Assembly (NCBI GenBank): GCA_963730915.1 | Contig: CAVSTR010000003.1 | Coordinates: 192,729-256,728, forward strand | Direction of reading: 5' to 3' | DNA: 64,000 nt | From: an uncultured Gemmatimonadales bacterium | GTDB lineage: Bacteria > Gemmatimonadota > Gemmatimonadetes > Gemmatimonadales > GWC2-71-9 | Shown here: piece after piece, positions 50,303 through 62,363 of the stretch | How the letters are laid out: each line of letters opens with the position of its first letter | How positions within the stretch are numbered: the stretch's first letter is position 1 | The notes under the pieces: model-generated | The model's database searches: none | What the model saw: the letters and a program-made list of their open reading frames with translations, nothing else | What the model was told of the DNA's origin: nothing | Made by a program: the position numbers and the translations under genes

Positions 50303-51738
50303 GCGATGAGCGCTGGCGGTCTCCGCTGGGTTCGCGCTACGCGTCGCCTGCCATGCAGATGCTGTGGGGTGAACGCCACCGCATTGGCCTGTGGCGGAGG
50401 CTCTGGATCGCCTTGGCGGAGACAGAACGCGAGCTGGGCCTCGAGATCCCGGACCAGGCCATTGCGCAGATGCGTGCGCACCTGGACGACGTGGATCTCG
50501 AGGTCGCCTCGCGCTACGAACGGCGGTTCCGGCACGACGTCATGGCCCACATCCATGCCTTCGGGGATCAAGCTCCGGCGGCACGACCGTTCCTGCACCT
50601 CGGCGCCACCAGCGCCTTCGTCACCGACAATGCCGACCTCATCGTCATGCGCGACGGGCTCCGTCTTTTGCTGGGCCGGCTCATCGCCGTGCTCGGAGCG
50701 CTGGAGCGCTTTGCTATCAGGTACGCTGAGCTTCCGTGTCTCGCGTACACCCATTTTCAGCCGGCTCAGCTGACGACTGTAGGTAAGCGAGCCACGCTGT
50801 GGATGCAGGATCTCGCGCTGGATGTCGAGGAAATTTCCCGGCGGATCACAACGCTTCGGCTCCGCGGCTGCAAAGGCACTACCGGCACCCAGGCGTCATT
50901 TCTGGAGCTCTTCGGGCAGGATCACGAGAAGGTTCGTGAGCTGGACCGTCGGGTGGCCACCAAGCTCGGGTTCACGGAAGCGTTCCCGGTTACCGGTCAG
51001 ACGTATACCCGTAAGGTGGACAGCACGATCCTCGACGCGCTCAGCGGCATTGCACAATCAGCCGCCAAGCTGGCTGGAGATCTCCGGCTCCTGCAACACG
51101 AGGGAGAGCTCCTCGAGCCGTTCGAGGCAGAGCAAATCGGCTCGAGTGCCATGGCGTACAAGCGCAATCCCATGCGAGCCGAGCGCATCAGCGGTCTGGC
51201 GCGGTTCGTTATCTCGCTGCAGGCGAACACCGCCAACACGGCCGCGAGCCAGTGGCTGGAGCGGACTCTCGATGACAGCGCCAACCGCAGGCTCACGCTC
51301 CCCGAAGGATTTCTCGGCACCGACGCCATTCTCGTGCTCGCCACGAACATCGCGGCCGGGCTGGAAGTGCGCGACGACGTGATTCGCCGGCACGTGAACG
51401 AGCAGATGCCCTTCATGGCCACGGAACGCTGGCTGATGCTGGGTACTGCCGCAGGGGGAGACCGGCAGTCGCTCCACGAGGTGGTTCGCAAGCACAGCCT
51501 CGTCGTGGCCGAGGCCGTCAGCCGGGGCGAGCCGAACCAGCTGCTTGACCGCCTCGCGGCCGATCCCGCTTTCCGGGGTGTGCCTGCCGCGGCACTTCGG
51601 GCCGAGCTCGACCCTGCCAATTACACCGGGCGCGCCGGCCAGCAGGTAGGTGAGTTCATCGACGAATATCTGAAGCCACTGCTTTCACAGGCGCGGCCCT
51701 TGGCCTCCGAGGCCGAAGCAGCCGAGGTGCGCGTGTGA
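50299..51738 (+). CDS. purB: Adenylosuccinate lyase
   Basis: RHDVMAH, THFQPAQ and GSSAMAYKRNPM. Confidence 0.96.
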   Translation: MSDERWRSPLGSRYASPAMQMLWGERHRIGLWRRLWIALAETERELGLEIPDQAIAQMRAHLDDVDLEVASRYERRFRHDVMAHIHAFGDQAPAARPFLHLGATSAFVTDNADLIVMRDGLRLLLGRLIAVLGALERFAIRYAELPCLAYTHFQPAQLTTVGKRATLWMQDLALDVEEISRRITTLRLRGCKGTTGTQASFLELFGQDHEKVRELDRRVATKLGFTEAFPVTGQTYTRKVDSTILDALSGIAQSAAKLAGDLRLLQHEGELLEPFEAEQIGSSAMAYKRNPMRAERISGLARFVISLQANTANTAASQWLERTLDDSANRRLTLPEGFLGTDAILVLATNIAAGLEVRDDVIRRHVNEQMPFMATERWLMLGTAAGGDRQSLHEVVRKHSLVVAEAVSRGEPNQLLDRLAADPAFRGVPAAALRAELDPANYTGRAGQQVGEFIDEYLKPLLSQARPLASEAEAAEVRV

Positions 51739-52661
51739 GCAAAACGGTGCTGGCAGAGAGCCGTCTTCCCCTGCCGCTTCTGCGGCGCGGCAAGGTTCGG
51801 GAAGTCTACGAAGTGGATGCAGCACATCTGCTCATCGTCGCCAGCGACCGCGTGAGCGCGTTCGATGTGGTGATGCGCGAGCCGATTCCTTTCAAGGGAT
51901 CGGTGCTCACCCAGATGAGTGCATTCTGGTTTCAGAAGCTCACGGACGTATTTCCGTCTCATTACCTGAGTGCGAACACCACGGAGATCGTCCACCGGGT
52001 TCCGCGGCTGGAGTCAGTTCGAGATCAGATAGCAGGCCGCGCCATGCTGGTGCTGCGCGCTGAGCCGGTTCCCTTCGAGTGCGTCGTCCGGGGATACATC
52101 ACCGGATCGGCCTGGGCGGAGTACCGCGAACGCGGAACCTTGGCGGGCGAGCCGCTCGTCTCCGGCCTGGTGGAGAGCGCGCGTCTGAATCCACCGATCT
52201 TTTCTCCCGCGACGAAAGCCGAGGCGGGCCACGACATCAACGTCACGGTCGACGCCGTCGTTGGGGTCCTGGGATCGGCTATGGCGGCGCGGTTGCGTGA
52301 GGCCAGCTTCGCGATCTACCAGGCGGGTCGAGACCTTGCCGCCGAGCGGGGAATCATCATCGCCGACACCAAATTCGAATTCGGCACCGACCCCTCCGGG
52401 ACTCTCCGGCTGATCGATGAGCTGCTTACCCCGGATTCCTCCCGGTTCTGGCCGGCCGACTGCTATGCGCCCGGCCAGGCACAGCCGAGCTTCGACAAGC
52501 AGCCACTCCGCGACTATCTGGCATCCTTGAAGGCGGCGGGTCTCTGGGACGGTGAAGGTCCACCTCCGTCGCTGCCTCCTGAAGTTGTAGAGGCCACGAG
52601 CCGCAGGTATCTGGAAGCGTTCCGGCTACTCACCGGCCGAACACTGGAGCAAGCCTTGTGA
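51735..52661 (+). CDS. purC: SAICAR synthase
   Basis: GKVREVY, SDRVSAFD, ADTKFEFG and DELLTPDSSRFW. Confidence 0.97.
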   Translation: MSKTVLAESRLPLPLLRRGKVREVYEVDAAHLLIVASDRVSAFDVVMREPIPFKGSVLTQMSAFWFQKLTDVFPSHYLSANTTEIVHRVPRLESVRDQIAGRAMLVLRAEPVPFECVVRGYITGSAWAEYRERGTLAGEPLVSGLVESARLNPPIFSPATKAEAGHDINVTVDAVVGVLGSAMAARLREASFAIYQAGRDLAAERGIIIADTKFEFGTDPSGTLRLIDELLTPDSSRFWPADCYAPGQAQPSFDKQPLRDYLASLKAAGLWDGEGPPPSLPPEVVEATSRRYLEAFRLLTGRTLEQAL

Positions 52662-53311
52662 TCCGCACTGCGCCCGAGGGAAAATGGTTCATCGTGGGTG
52701 CCTGGGTTATCGCGGCGATCCTCCTCATTGCCGCCTCTCGCAGTGATTCCCTGCTGTGGTGGGGCGTTGCGGTGATGTGGCTGGTCATTGCGGTGTGGGT
52801 AGTCGCGTTCTTCCGCGATCCGATACGGACCGGAGAGCGGGGAGATCGCTTCATTCTGGCGCCGGCAGACGGCAAGGTGGTCAGCGTCTTGGAGACCGAT
52901 GAGCCTGCGTTCTTCGCGGGACGAGCCGCCCGGGTCTCCATCTTCATGAACGTGTTCAACTGCCATGTGAACCGCTATCCCACCGACGGCAAAGTGGCGT
53001 ACCGACACTATAACGCCGGCAAGTTCGGACATGCCGCCGCCGAAAAGTCGAGCTTGGACAACGAGCAATCTTCTGTTGGACTCAACACTCCACGGGGCAA
53101 GGTGCTGGTGCGCCAGATTGCGGGACTGATTGCACGCCGGATCGTTACGGATCACGGTGTTGGAACGCAGGTGAAACAGGCCGACCGGCTGGGAATGATC
53201 CGGTTCGGCTCGCGGGTAGACGTTTTCCTCCCGACGGGCTCGACCAGGGTGCTTGTAAAAGTGGGGGATACAACAGTTGCAGGTGTGACCGTGGTGGCCG
53301 AATGGATTTGA
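52658..53311 (+). CDS. psd: Phosphatidylserine decarboxylase (short type)
   Basis: FFRDP, APADG, SIFM..FNCHVNR, QIAGLIARRI and RFGSRVD. Confidence 0.93.
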   Translation: MIRTAPEGKWFIVGAWVIAAILLIAASRSDSLLWWGVAVMWLVIAVWVVAFFRDPIRTGERGDRFILAPADGKVVSVLETDEPAFFAGRAARVSIFMNVFNCHVNRYPTDGKVAYRHYNAGKFGHAAAEKSSLDNEQSSVGLNTPRGKVLVRQIAGLIARRIVTDHGVGTQVKQADRLGMIRFGSRVDVFLPTGSTRVLVKVGDTTVAGVTVVAEWI

Positions 53312-54186
53312 GGCATCGCCGAGAAGGTCTGAGGCGTCCATCCATACGCCAGGTGGTGGTCGTCATGCCCAGCGCATTCACGCTGGGAAATCTGTTTTTT
53401 GGCTTCTGGGCAATCGTATCGGCGTTCAACGGAAACTTCCGGTGGGCAGGCTGGTTCATCGTGTTCGCCGGAATTCTGGATATGCTCGACGGCAGGGTAG
53501 CACGGCTTTCCGGCACTGGTACCAGATTCGGTGCAGAGCTCGACTCGCTGGTCGACGTAATCTCCTTCGGGGTTGCGCCCGCTCTGCTGATGTACTTCCT
53601 CGACTTCTCCAACGCTGGCCGGTTCGCCTGGATCCTCTGCTACATCTACGTGGTGGCAGTGGCGCTACGGCTTGCACGCTTCAATGTGTTGTCGGCGGGA
53701 AAACCACCGAGTGCCTGGTTTACGGGGCTGCCGTCACCCTCCGCGGGCATGACGCTGGCCGTCTACTACCCTTTCAGCCAGACCAACTGGTACCAGCAGT
53801 CGCTCGCAAAATATCTCGACCTGCAGCACGAGGGCCTGGTTGTTCTGATGCTGCTGCTGGCGGTGCTGATGGTGAGCAACGTCAAATATCCGAAATTCCC
53901 GCCGATCGGTCTGCGCAGCAGAAAAGGGATCTTCGGCCTGTCGGTGCATCTCGTCATCCTCCTCGGAGGGCTCTTCGCCCCGGAGTACTTCCTCTTCCCC
54001 TTAGGTTTGTTCTACGTGGCCTTCGGGATCGTGCGTGCGACCGTCCTCGGGTTGATGGAGCGGCCAGAGCCAGTACCCGTCATCGACGAACGTTTGGCTG
54101 AAGACCACGACGCCACGTTGCCCCCGCCTCTGTCCCATGAGCGGCGGAGAAGCTGGGGCGACCGCCGCCAGGAGCCGGAACAATGA
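53302..54186 (+). CDS. pssA: CDP-diacylglycerol--serine O-phosphatidyltransferase
   Basis: DMLDGRVAR...FGAELDSLVD.ISFGVAPA, RLARFN and FTGLPSP. Confidence 0.94.
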   Translation: MDLRHRREGLRRPSIRQVVVVMPSAFTLGNLFFGFWAIVSAFNGNFRWAGWFIVFAGILDMLDGRVARLSGTGTRFGAELDSLVDVISFGVAPALLMYFLDFSNAGRFAWILCYIYVVAVALRLARFNVLSAGKPPSAWFTGLPSPSAGMTLAVYYPFSQTNWYQQSLAKYLDLQHEGLVVLMLLLAVLMVSNVKYPKFPPIGLRSRKGIFGLSVHLVILLGGLFAPEYFLFPLGLFYVAFGIVRATVLGLMERPEPVPVIDERLAEDHDATLPPPLSHERRRSWGDRRQEPEQ

Positions 54187-54434
54187 CGTACAGAGTGCAC
54201 GTTCGCGTGATGCCGCGGGAAGGGCTGCTCGACCCGCAGGGACAGGCTGTCGAGCATGCGCTCGGTGCCCTGGGATTCGACGAAGCAGGGGGTGTCCGAG
54301 TGGGCCGAGCCATCGAGCTCGACGTCGCGGCCGCCTCCCGCGACGAGGCAGAAACCCGCGCTCGGCAGATGTGCGATAAGCTGCTGGCCAACCCGGTGAC
54401 CGAGGATTATCTGCTCGAGGTGGAAGATCGATGA
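54183..54434 (+). CDS. purS: FGAM synthase subunit PurS
   Basis: LDPQG and LLANPVTEDY. Confidence 0.95.
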   Translation: MTYRVHVRVMPREGLLDPQGQAVEHALGALGFDEAGGVRVGRAIELDVAAASRDEAETRARQMCDKLLANPVTEDYLLEVEDR

Positions 54435-55141
54435 GCCGTGTTGCGGTGGTGCGTTTCCCCGGTAGCAATTGCGATTTCGATGCCCTCCGGGCGGCCGAAA
54501 ACGTCGGAGCGGATGCGTACTTTGTCTGGCACCGTGACACCGATCTGAACAACGCGGACGTGGTCATTCTCCCGGGCGGGTTCAGCTATGGCGATTACCT
54601 TCGCGCCGGCGCGATTGCAAGGTTCAGCCCGGTCATGCAGGCGGTGCAGCGCCACGCCGCCTCCGGAGGGCCGGTACTCGGCATCTGCAACGGATTTCAG
54701 ATCCTGTGCGAGGCTCACTTGCTGCCAGGCGCCCTCATGCGGAATGCCGGGCTTTCGTTCGTCTCCAAGCCGGTGGACGTAATCGTGGAGCGAACCGACA
54801 CTGCATTCACTTGTGATTATGAGCCTAATTCCAGGCTGCGGATTCCGGTGGCACACGGGGAAGGCCGTTACGTAGCAGAACCAGAGACGCTGCGCATGCT
54901 GGAAGCCGAGGGGCGAGTCGTGCTGCGCTACGTCGCGGCCACCGAGCGGTCGCCATTCCAGCCTAATCCAAATGGGTCAACCAATCACATCGCGGGGATC
55001 TGTAATGCCGACGGTAACGTGGTCGGCATCATGCCCCATCCCGAGCGTGCCGCCGAGCGGCTGCTGGGGCTGACGGGCGGGAGCGGATTCTTCACCTCTC
55101 TGGTTCCCGCATACGAAGAAAGCTCCAACTCAGGAGTCTAG
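54431..55141 (+). CDS. purQ: FGAM synthase subunit PurQ
   Basis: FPGSNCD, PGGFSYGDYLR, GICNGFQIL and MPHPER. Confidence 0.97.
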   Translation: MSRVAVVRFPGSNCDFDALRAAENVGADAYFVWHRDTDLNNADVVILPGGFSYGDYLRAGAIARFSPVMQAVQRHAASGGPVLGICNGFQILCEAHLLPGALMRNAGLSFVSKPVDVIVERTDTAFTCDYEPNSRLRIPVAHGEGRYVAEPETLRMLEAEGRVVLRYVAATERSPFQPNPNGSTNHIAGICNADGNVVGIMPHPERAAERLLGLTGGSGFFTSLVPAYEESSNSGV

Positions 55142-55143
55142 CC

Positions 55144-55473
55144 ATGAAGCCAGAGAAACCGAGCCGCAACGAGGACGAATACTTCGCGAAGGAAGACGCC
55201 GAGCTGCTGCGGAAGCAGCGAGAGCGCGCCAGCGCCGCCAGCGCTGAGGCGGAGCGTAAATCGCATTACATGAAATGTCCCAAGGATGGGTACGACCTGA
55301 CGAGCAGCCAGGTGCACGGAGTCACGATCGAGACCTGCTCGCACTGCGGAGGTATCTGGCTGGATGCCGGCGAGCTCGAGGTCGTCTCGAAGGACGATTC
55401 CTCGAATGTCATCACCAGGGTGATTTCGGATGCGCTGTCGAGCTTCCGGCGGTCACCCAAGGCACATCGTTGA
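55144..55473 (+). CDS. zf-TFIIB-like zinc-ribbon protein
   Basis: EDEYF, MKCPKDG and [23 protein letters not shown]. Confidence 0.85.
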   Translation: MKPEKPSRNEDEYFAKEDAELLRKQRERASAASAEAERKSHYMKCPKDGYDLTSSQVHGVTIETCSHCGGIWLDAGELEVVSKDDSSNVITRVISDALSSFRRSPKAHR

Positions 55474-57782
55474 CCGCACCAAGCATGGCGGGCTCGAGCA
55501 CGGAAGCGGTCTCGCTCCCCGGCGAGCCCCGCGTGACTTCTGCCCTCGTCCGGGAGCATAACCTGAATGAGCTGGAGTACGGCCGCATCCTGGAGGTCCT
55601 GGGCCGGGCTCCGACATTCACCGAGCTGGGAGTGTTCTCCGCGCTGTGGTCGGAGCATTGCTCATACAAGCACTCGCGGCCGGTGCTGAAAACTTTCCCC
55701 ACCACCGGGCCGCTCGTGGTTCAGGGTCCGGGTGAAAACGCCGGCGTGCTCAGGCTGCCGGAGGGGTGGGCCGTCGCGTTCAAGATCGAGTCGCATAATC
55801 ATCCTTCAGCGGTGGAGCCGTACCAGGGTGCGGCAACGGGAGTGGGTGGTATCCTCCGCGACGTGTTCACCATGGGTGCTCGACCCGTGGCCCTGCTGAA
55901 TAGCCTGAGGTTCGGGCCGCTCGAGGTGCCGCGAAATCGCTACCTGTTCGCGGGTGTGGTCCGCGGTGTGGGAGACTATGGCAACTGCGTCGGGGTACCA
56001 ACCCTCGGCGGAGAGGTCAACTTCGCGCCGGGATACACCGGGAATCCCCTGGTCAATGCGATGTGCGTGGGCTTGCTGCGGGAGAGAGACCTTATTCGTG
56101 CTGCCGCACACGGCGTGGGGAACGTTCTGCTTGCGGTCGGCGCGCGTACCGGCAGGGACGGCATTCACGGAGCCAGCTTCGCTTCCGAAGAGCTCTCCGA
56201 GAAGAGCGACGCCCGACGTCCCCAGGTTCAGGTGGGCGATCCCTTTACCGAAAAACTGCTCCTCGAGGCAAGCCTGGAGCTGATCACGTCGGACTTGATC
56301 GTCGCCATTCAGGACATGGGGGCGGCCGGACTGACGAGCTCTTCAGCGGAGATGGCAGCGCGGGGAGGTGTCGGCGTGGAGATCGATACGTCACTCGTGC
56401 CCACACGCGAAGCCGGGATGTCGTCATACGAGATTCTGCTCTCCGAGTCCCAGGAGCGAATGCTGGTCGTGGCTGAGCCGGAGCGTGTCGCAGAGGTGCA
56501 GGCCGTCTGTGCAAAATGGGAGCTCACGGCGACTCCCATCGGACATGTGACAGATGATGGCATCTTCCGGGTTCGACACGGCGGCAACGTGGTCGTTGCA
56601 ATACCAGGTCAGCGCCTGGTCGAAGATTGTCCGGTCTACCATCCGGATGCCCGGGAGAGCGAAGAAGCCCGAAGGCGCCGGGACACAATCGATCCGGGGT
56701 TGCCAGTGGTGGATCTGGAAGGCGCCCTCGAGATGCTGCTCGACCACCCGAACCTCGCCAGCAAGCGCTGGGTCTACGAGCAGTACGACTCAACCGTTCA
56801 GGCCTCCACTGTCCTCCCGCCGGGATCCGACGCCGGAGTCATCCGGGTTCCGGGTGCTCGCTTCGGGTTGGCCATGACCGTCGATTGCAACAGCCGACTC
56901 GTTGCTCTCGATCCATATGAAGGTGGCAAGGCGGCCGTGGCAGAAGCGGCCCGGAATGTCGCCTGTACCGGCGCCCGACCCCTTGGCATCACCGACTGCC
57001 TGAACTTCGGAAATCCCGAAAAGCCGGATGTGTTTTTCCAATTCCGCGAAGCAGCGAGAGGAATCTCCGACGCCTGCCGGGTGTTCGGAACGCCGGTGAC
57101 GGGCGGCAATGTCTCGTTCTATAACGAGAGCCCGACCGGCGCAATCGATCCGACGCCCACGATCGGCATGGTAGGACTCCTATCCCGCGTGGAGGACCGC
57201 GTGGGCAGCTACTTCGACTCGCCCCGGGACGAGGTGTTCATCGTGGGTGAGACCAGCGGAATACTGGGCGGGTCGGCGTACTGGGCTGAAGTGTGCGACT
57301 TCGTGGGCGGGGATCCTCCCGCCGTAGATCTCGATGCCGAGCTCCAGCTGCAGCGCTTCCTGGTCGCCGCAGCGGAACAACACATGATCCGATCGGCCCA
57401 CGACTGCTCGGAGGGTGGTCTGGCAGTGACTCTGGCAGAAGCCGCCCTGGGCGGGCCGTACGTGCCTGGAAGCCTCGGGGCGCGTCTCGATCTTACGGGA
57501 TATGCACCCGATGTCCCCGCCGAAGGGGTCCTCTACGGAGAGGATGGAGCCCGCGCGGTCATCACCTGCGCACCGGCTCAGGCCCGCCGCCTGATCGACC
57601 TGGCGAACGAGCACCGAGTACCGGTGTTCCATGCAGGACGGGTCGAAAGCATCGGCACCCTGGAACTGCAGATCGGGTCCGAATTGTTCTCCTGGAGCAC
57701 CGACGCACTTCGAAGGATCTACTCAGAAGCAATTCCCCGCCGGATGCAGCACACCGACGTGGATCGAGCGGTGGGAGAGTAA
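55470..57782 (+). CDS. purL: FGAM synthase subunit PurL
   Basis: [23 protein letters not shown] and LNFGNP. Start is TTG 55470 or ATG 55485. Confidence 0.97.
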   Translation: MTAPSMAGSSTEAVSLPGEPRVTSALVREHNLNELEYGRILEVLGRAPTFTELGVFSALWSEHCSYKHSRPVLKTFPTTGPLVVQGPGENAGVLRLPEGWAVAFKIESHNHPSAVEPYQGAATGVGGILRDVFTMGARPVALLNSLRFGPLEVPRNRYLFAGVVRGVGDYGNCVGVPTLGGEVNFAPGYTGNPLVNAMCVGLLRERDLIRAAAHGVGNVLLAVGARTGRDGIHGASFASEELSEKSDARRPQVQVGDPFTEKLLLEASLELITSDLIVAIQDMGAAGLTSSSAEMAARGGVGVEIDTSLVPTREAGMSSYEILLSESQERMLVVAEPERVAEVQAVCAKWELTATPIGHVTDDGIFRVRHGGNVVVAIPGQRLVEDCPVYHPDARESEEARRRRDTIDPGLPVVDLEGALEMLLDHPNLASKRWVYEQYDSTVQASTVLPPGSDAGVIRVPGARFGLAMTVDCNSRLVALDPYEGGKAAVAEAARNVACTGARPLGITDCLNFGNPEKPDVFFQFREAARGISDACRVFGTPVTGGNVSFYNESPTGAIDPTPTIGMVGLLSRVEDRVGSYFDSPRDEVFIVGETSGILGGSAYWAEVCDFVGGDPPAVDLDAELQLQRFLVAAAEQHMIRSAHDCSEGGLAVTLAEAALGGPYVPGSLGARLDLTGYAPDVPAEGVLYGEDGARAVITCAPAQARRLIDLANEHRVPVFHAGRVESIGTLELQIGSELFSWSTDALRRIYSEAIPRRMQHTDVDRAVGE

Positions 57783-57785
57783 GAC

Positions 57786-59180
57786 ATGTGTGGCATCATC
57801 GGGGTTTCCGGAGTTCCTGACGCGGCGCGGCTCGCGTATCTCGGGCTGTATGCACTCCAGCACAGGGGTCAGGAGAGCGCTGGCATCGTAGCCATCGACA
57901 CCGACGGTGCAGCCCGGTCGCATCGGGGCATGGGACTCGTCTCGGAGAACTTCGACGACGGGAGCCTCGCGGCCCTTCCCGGCGACGTGGCGGTGGGCCA
58001 CACACGCTATTCCACGACGGGAAGCACTGTCCTGGCGAATGCTCAGCCGTGTAGCGTGAACACCCGCTGCGGCCCTCTGGCTATCGCGCATAACGGAAAC
58101 CTGATCAACGCCGGAACCATCAAGCAGGACCTGGTCGCCCGGGGGGCCATCTTCACCGGCTCCAGCGACACTGAGGTCCTGGTACATCTGATCGCACGGT
58201 CCGCCGGGCAGACGGTCGAAGACCAGATCCGTGATGCCCTGGAGCAGGTCGATGGTGCGTACAGCCTGGTGATTACGGTCGGGCGGACGATGTACGCGGT
58301 GGTCGACAGCCGTGGCTTCCGGCCGCTCGTCATCGGCCGCCTCGGCAGCGGTATTGTAGTGGCCTCAGAAACCTGCGCGCTTGATCTTATCGGAGCTTCG
58401 ATTACCTGCGAGCTCCGGCCCGGTGATTTCGTCCGCATCGAAGACGGAGATGTCACTGACCTGCCCCCGCTGGCGCCACGGCCGGTCAGTCGCTGCGTGT
58501 TCGAGCTGGTGTATTTCGCTCGGCCCGACAGCACCGTCTTCGGCAAGTCGGTTGATGCAGTACGCCGTGAGCTGGGGCGGGAGCTGGCTCGCGAGAAGCC
58601 GGCGCTCGGAGGCGAGGTGGTATTCAGCGTGCCCGACAGCTCGAACGCCATGGCACTGGGCTTTTCGGAGGTATCCGGTATCAAGCTCGAGTATGGCCTG
58701 ATTCGCAATCATTATGTGGGCCGGACCTTCATCAATCCCAGTCAGGCGCTCCGGGTGGCCAAGGTGAAGATCAAGTTCAATCCGGTGCGGGAAGTGATCC
58801 AGGGCAAGGCTGTGGTGGTGGTGGACGACAGCTTGGTCCGGGGCAATACCAGCAAGGAGCTGGTGCAGATGATCCGGGCCGCGGGCGCCCGGGAGGTCCA
58901 CCTGCGGTTGGGTTCCCCGCCGATCACCGGCCCCTGTCACTACGGTATCGACACGCCTACGCGCGAAGAGCTGATCGGGGCAACGCATTCGATCGAGCAG
59001 ATCCGCGAGTTCCTCGGAGTCGACAGCCTGGGCTACCTCTCGCTGGACGGAATGCTCACGGCCGCCGGCAAGGACACTGGATTCTGCCACGCCTGTTTCT
59101 CCGGCCACTACCCCACGACGACACCGGATGACCTCGTGAAACTGCGGCACGCCTCACCGCTCATCGCTACTCCAGCATGA
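57786..59180 (+). CDS. purF: Amidophosphoribosyltransferase
   Basis: MCGI, LQHRGQESAG, GHTRYST and VVDDSLVRG. Confidence 0.97.
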   Translation: MCGIIGVSGVPDAARLAYLGLYALQHRGQESAGIVAIDTDGAARSHRGMGLVSENFDDGSLAALPGDVAVGHTRYSTTGSTVLANAQPCSVNTRCGPLAIAHNGNLINAGTIKQDLVARGAIFTGSSDTEVLVHLIARSAGQTVEDQIRDALEQVDGAYSLVITVGRTMYAVVDSRGFRPLVIGRLGSGIVVASETCALDLIGASITCELRPGDFVRIEDGDVTDLPPLAPRPVSRCVFELVYFARPDSTVFGKSVDAVRRELGRELAREKPALGGEVVFSVPDSSNAMALGFSEVSGIKLEYGLIRNHYVGRTFINPSQALRVAKVKIKFNPVREVIQGKAVVVVDDSLVRGNTSKELVQMIRAAGAREVHLRLGSPPITGPCHYGIDTPTREELIGATHSIEQIREFLGVDSLGYLSLDGMLTAAGKDTGFCHACFSGHYPTTTPDDLVKLRHASPLIATPA

Positions 59181-61843
59181 GCGGGTCCTATACTCAGCCG
59201 CTCGTCTATTTCTTCGGCCAGGGCCGCGCCGACGGCACCGCGGCCATGAAGGACGTGCTCGGCGGCAAGGGAGCCGGACTTGCCGAGATGACAACGATCG
59301 GCATCCCCGTTCCTCCCGGGTTCACCATCGCCAGCAATCTCTGCCTCCACTATCTCGAGAGCCGTCAGTTCACCAAACGGGTGCGAGCCCAGGTGGAAGA
59401 CGCCCTCCAGCGGCTCGAGAGCGCCAGCGGTAAGTATCTCGGCGACGGAGACAACCCCCTCCTCGTTTCAGTCCGCTCCGGCGCTGCGGTGTCGATGCCG
59501 GGAATGATGGAAACCATCCTGAACCTGGGCCTGAACGATGTGACCGTGGAGGGGCTCACCCGACTGAGTGGCAACCCACGCTTCGCGTGGGACTCGTACC
59601 GCCGATTCGTGCAGATGTACGGCAGCGTCGTATTCGATCTGTCCAAGAAGCCCTTCGAACAGATCCTGGAGGAGCACAAACAGAGCTGCCGGATCGAGCG
59701 GGACATCGATCTGCCGGTCGAGGAAATGCAGGGAATCGTCCGCCAGTTCAAGGAGCACGTGCGCAAGGAGTCTGGAAAGCCTTTTCCGGAGGAGCCGCTC
59801 GATCAGCTGTGGGGCGCAATCGCAGCGGTCTTCGAGAGCTGGAACACGCGGCGGGCCATCGATTACCGGAAGCTTCACGACATCCCGGATTCCATGGGAA
59901 CCGCCGTCAACATCGTAGCCATGGTGTTCGGGAATCTGGGAGAGGACTCGGGAACAGGCGTCACTTTCAGCCGGGATCCCTCCACCGGAGAGCAGAGTCT
60001 CTATGGCGAATATCTCCTGAACGCGCAGGGAGAGGACGTGGTGTCCGGAAGCCGCAATCCGCTTCCGATTGGAACGATGAAGGAGCAGCTCCCTCACGCA
60101 TACCAGGAGCTGGAGCGAGTGGCGCGAACCCTGGAGCGTCACTTCCGGGATGTGCAGGACATGGAGTTCACCATCGAGCGCGGCAATCTCTACATGCTTC
60201 AGACCCGGCGGGCCCAGCGCTCGGGCCACGCGGCAGTGCGCATCGCCTGCGACATGGTGGACGAAGGGCTGATCTCGGAGCAGGAGGCAGTTGCGCGCAT
60301 TCCTCCCAACGACCTGAACCAGCTCCTCCATCCCACCATCGATCCCAACAGCAAGCTGGACCTGCTCACCACCGGGCTGCCGGCATCACCGGGTGCTGCG
60401 TGTGGAACGGTGGTGTTCGAAGCCGATCAGGCCGAACGGCTCGGCCGTGCGGGACAGGCCGTCATCCTGGTTCGCAGAGAAACGTCACCCGAGGATTTCC
60501 ACGGGATGGTCACCGCCAAGGCAATTCTCACTGCTCGCGGTGGTATGACGTCGCACGCGGCCGTGGTGGCCCGGGGCATGGGCAAGCCGTGCGTGGCAGC
60601 CGCGCAGGGGCTCATGGTGGACGAGAAAGCGAATCGCTTCTCGGTCAATGGGCGCAGCGTGGCGGAGGGTGAATGGATCACGGTGGACGGCAGCACGGGA
60701 AAGGTCTTCGCCGGGCAGGCCGCGCTGATTGCCCCGGAGCTCAGCGGCAACTTCAACCGCGTGATGAAGTGGGCCGACCGGATCATGCAGTTGCGCGTCC
60801 GGGTAAACGCCGACACACCGGCGGACGCGCATCGCGGCCGCGACTTCGGCGCCGAAGGAATCGGGCTCTGCCGGACCGAGCACATGTTCTTCACCGGCGA
60901 TCGCCTGATCGCGATGCGCGAGATGATCGTTGCCCAGGACGAGACCGGACGAAAGCGCGCCCTCGCCAAGCTGCTGCCAATGCAGCGGGGCGACTTCGAG
61001 GCGATCTTCCGCGCCATGGAAGGCTATCCCGTCACCATCCGCCTCCTGGATCCGCCCCTCCATGAGTTCCTCCCGAAGGAAGCGTCCGAGATTCACGCGC
61101 TGGCCCGGGAGCTCGGTCTCGCGCCGGAGGCCCTGACGCGAATCGTGGAAGGGCTTCACGAGGTGAATCCCATGCTCGGCCTCCGCGGCTGCCGCCTTGG
61201 CATCATCTATCCGGAGATCACGGCCATGCAGGTCCGCGCCATCTTCGAAGCGGCCTGCACGGTGGCGGAACGCAAAGGCCGTGTGATGCCGGAGGTGATG
61301 ATTCCCCTGACGGCGAGCGTGGTCGAGTTCCGGAAGCAGGCCCTCATCGTGCGGCAGGTAGCCGAGGAGGTTTTCCAGGAACGTCAGCTCACGGTGCCGT
61401 ATTTACTGGGTACCATGATCGAACTGCCTCGGGCGGCGCTCACCGCGGACGAGATTGCCCGTGAAGCTCAATTTTTCTCCTTCGGCACCAACGATCTGAC
61501 CCAGACGACCTGGGGCCTTTCACGCGACGATGCGGGCCGGTTTCTGCCCTACTACCTCGAGCACGGTGTCGTGGAAGATGATCCCTTCCAGGTGCTGGAT
61601 CAGGCCGGGGTCGGCAAGCTGATCAGCATGGCATGCGATCTGGGGCGGCGGACCCGCGCCGACTTGAAGCTGGGACTGTGTGGCGAGCACGGCGGTGAGC
61701 CGGCATCCGTCACATTCTGCGATCGGCTCGGCATGAACTACGTCTCCTGCTCTCCCTTCCGAGTACCTATCGCGCGGCTGGCGGCGGCCCAGGCCGCTCT
61801 GTCCGCCCGTGGCACGATGGACCGCACCCGAGCCACCGTCTAG
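59177..61843 (+). CDS. ppdK: Pyruvate, phosphate dikinase
   Basis: [42 protein letters not shown] and CGEHGG. Confidence 0.97.
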   Translation: MSGSYTQPLVYFFGQGRADGTAAMKDVLGGKGAGLAEMTTIGIPVPPGFTIASNLCLHYLESRQFTKRVRAQVEDALQRLESASGKYLGDGDNPLLVSVRSGAAVSMPGMMETILNLGLNDVTVEGLTRLSGNPRFAWDSYRRFVQMYGSVVFDLSKKPFEQILEEHKQSCRIERDIDLPVEEMQGIVRQFKEHVRKESGKPFPEEPLDQLWGAIAAVFESWNTRRAIDYRKLHDIPDSMGTAVNIVAMVFGNLGEDSGTGVTFSRDPSTGEQSLYGEYLLNAQGEDVVSGSRNPLPIGTMKEQLPHAYQELERVARTLERHFRDVQDMEFTIERGNLYMLQTRRAQRSGHAAVRIACDMVDEGLISEQEAVARIPPNDLNQLLHPTIDPNSKLDLLTTGLPASPGAACGTVVFEADQAERLGRAGQAVILVRRETSPEDFHGMVTAKAILTARGGMTSHAAVVARGMGKPCVAAAQGLMVDEKANRFSVNGRSVAEGEWITVDGSTGKVFAGQAALIAPELSGNFNRVMKWADRIMQLRVRVNADTPADAHRGRDFGAEGIGLCRTEHMFFTGDRLIAMREMIVAQDETGRKRALAKLLPMQRGDFEAIFRAMEGYPVTIRLLDPPLHEFLPKEASEIHALARELGLAPEALTRIVEGLHEVNPMLGLRGCRLGIIYPEITAMQVRAIFEAACTVAERKGRVMPEVMIPLTASVVEFRKQALIVRQVAEEVFQERQLTVPYLLGTMIELPRAALTADEIAREAQFFSFGTNDLTQTTWGLSRDDAGRFLPYYLEHGVVEDDPFQVLDQAGVGKLISMACDLGRRTRADLKLGLCGEHGGEPASVTFCDRLGMNYVSCSPFRVPIARLAAAQAALSARGTMDRTRATV

Positions 61844-61868
61844 CCACCCACCCTCCACCCGAGGAGAA

Positions 61869-62363
61869 ATGACAGAACCCCTGGTGGGAATCGTGATGGG
61901 GAGCGACTCCGACTGGGAGGTCATGCAGCACGCCGCCCAGCGTTTGACCGATTTCGGAGTGGCTCACGAGTCGCGTGTCGTCTCCGCGCACCGAACACCC
62001 GACTACCTGTACCGCTATGCCGAAGAAGCCAGTGGCAGGGGACTGCGCTGCATCATTGCCGGTGCGGGTGGGGCCGCGCACCTGCCTGGTATGCTCGCGG
62101 CCAAGACAACACTTCCGGTGCTCGGGGTTCCGGTTCCCACCAAGCATCTCCAGGGTCTCGACTCGCTTTTGTCCATCGTTCAGATGCCGGCGGGAATACC
62201 CGTCGCCACGTTCGCCATAGGCGTCGCGGGAGCCGCGAACGCCGGGCTTTATGCCGTATCCATACTCGCCCTCACTGATGGAGCTGTGCGGCAGCGGTTG
62301 GAGGAGTTCCGGAGGGCGCAGGAGCTTCGGGTGTTGGACCTCAAGCTCCCGGAGCCCTCGTGA
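61869..62363 (+). CDS. purE: N5-CAIR mutase
   Basis: MGSDSD, SAHRTP, GAAHLPG and SIVQMP.G.PVAT. GAGGAG RBS. Confidence 0.97.
   Translation: MTEPLVGIVMGSDSDWEVMQHAAQRLTDFGVAHESRVVSAHRTPDYLYRYAEEASGRGLRCIIAGAGGAAHLPGMLAAKTTLPVLGVPVPTKHLQGLDSLLSIVQMPAGIPVATFAIGVAGAANAGLYAVSILALTDGAVRQRLEEFRRAQELRVLDLKLPEPS

Noticed and set aside
46077-57782. Long N-terminal extensions on LexA, TrpC, HtrA and PurL in the ORF track
   Set aside because: They overlap neighbouring genes. Downstream starts with an RBS or coupled stops exist at 46314, 46240, 48878 and 55470.
61843-61862. CCACC-rich stretch after ppdK as a terminator or repeat element
   Set aside because: Too short, with no hairpin or U-tract.
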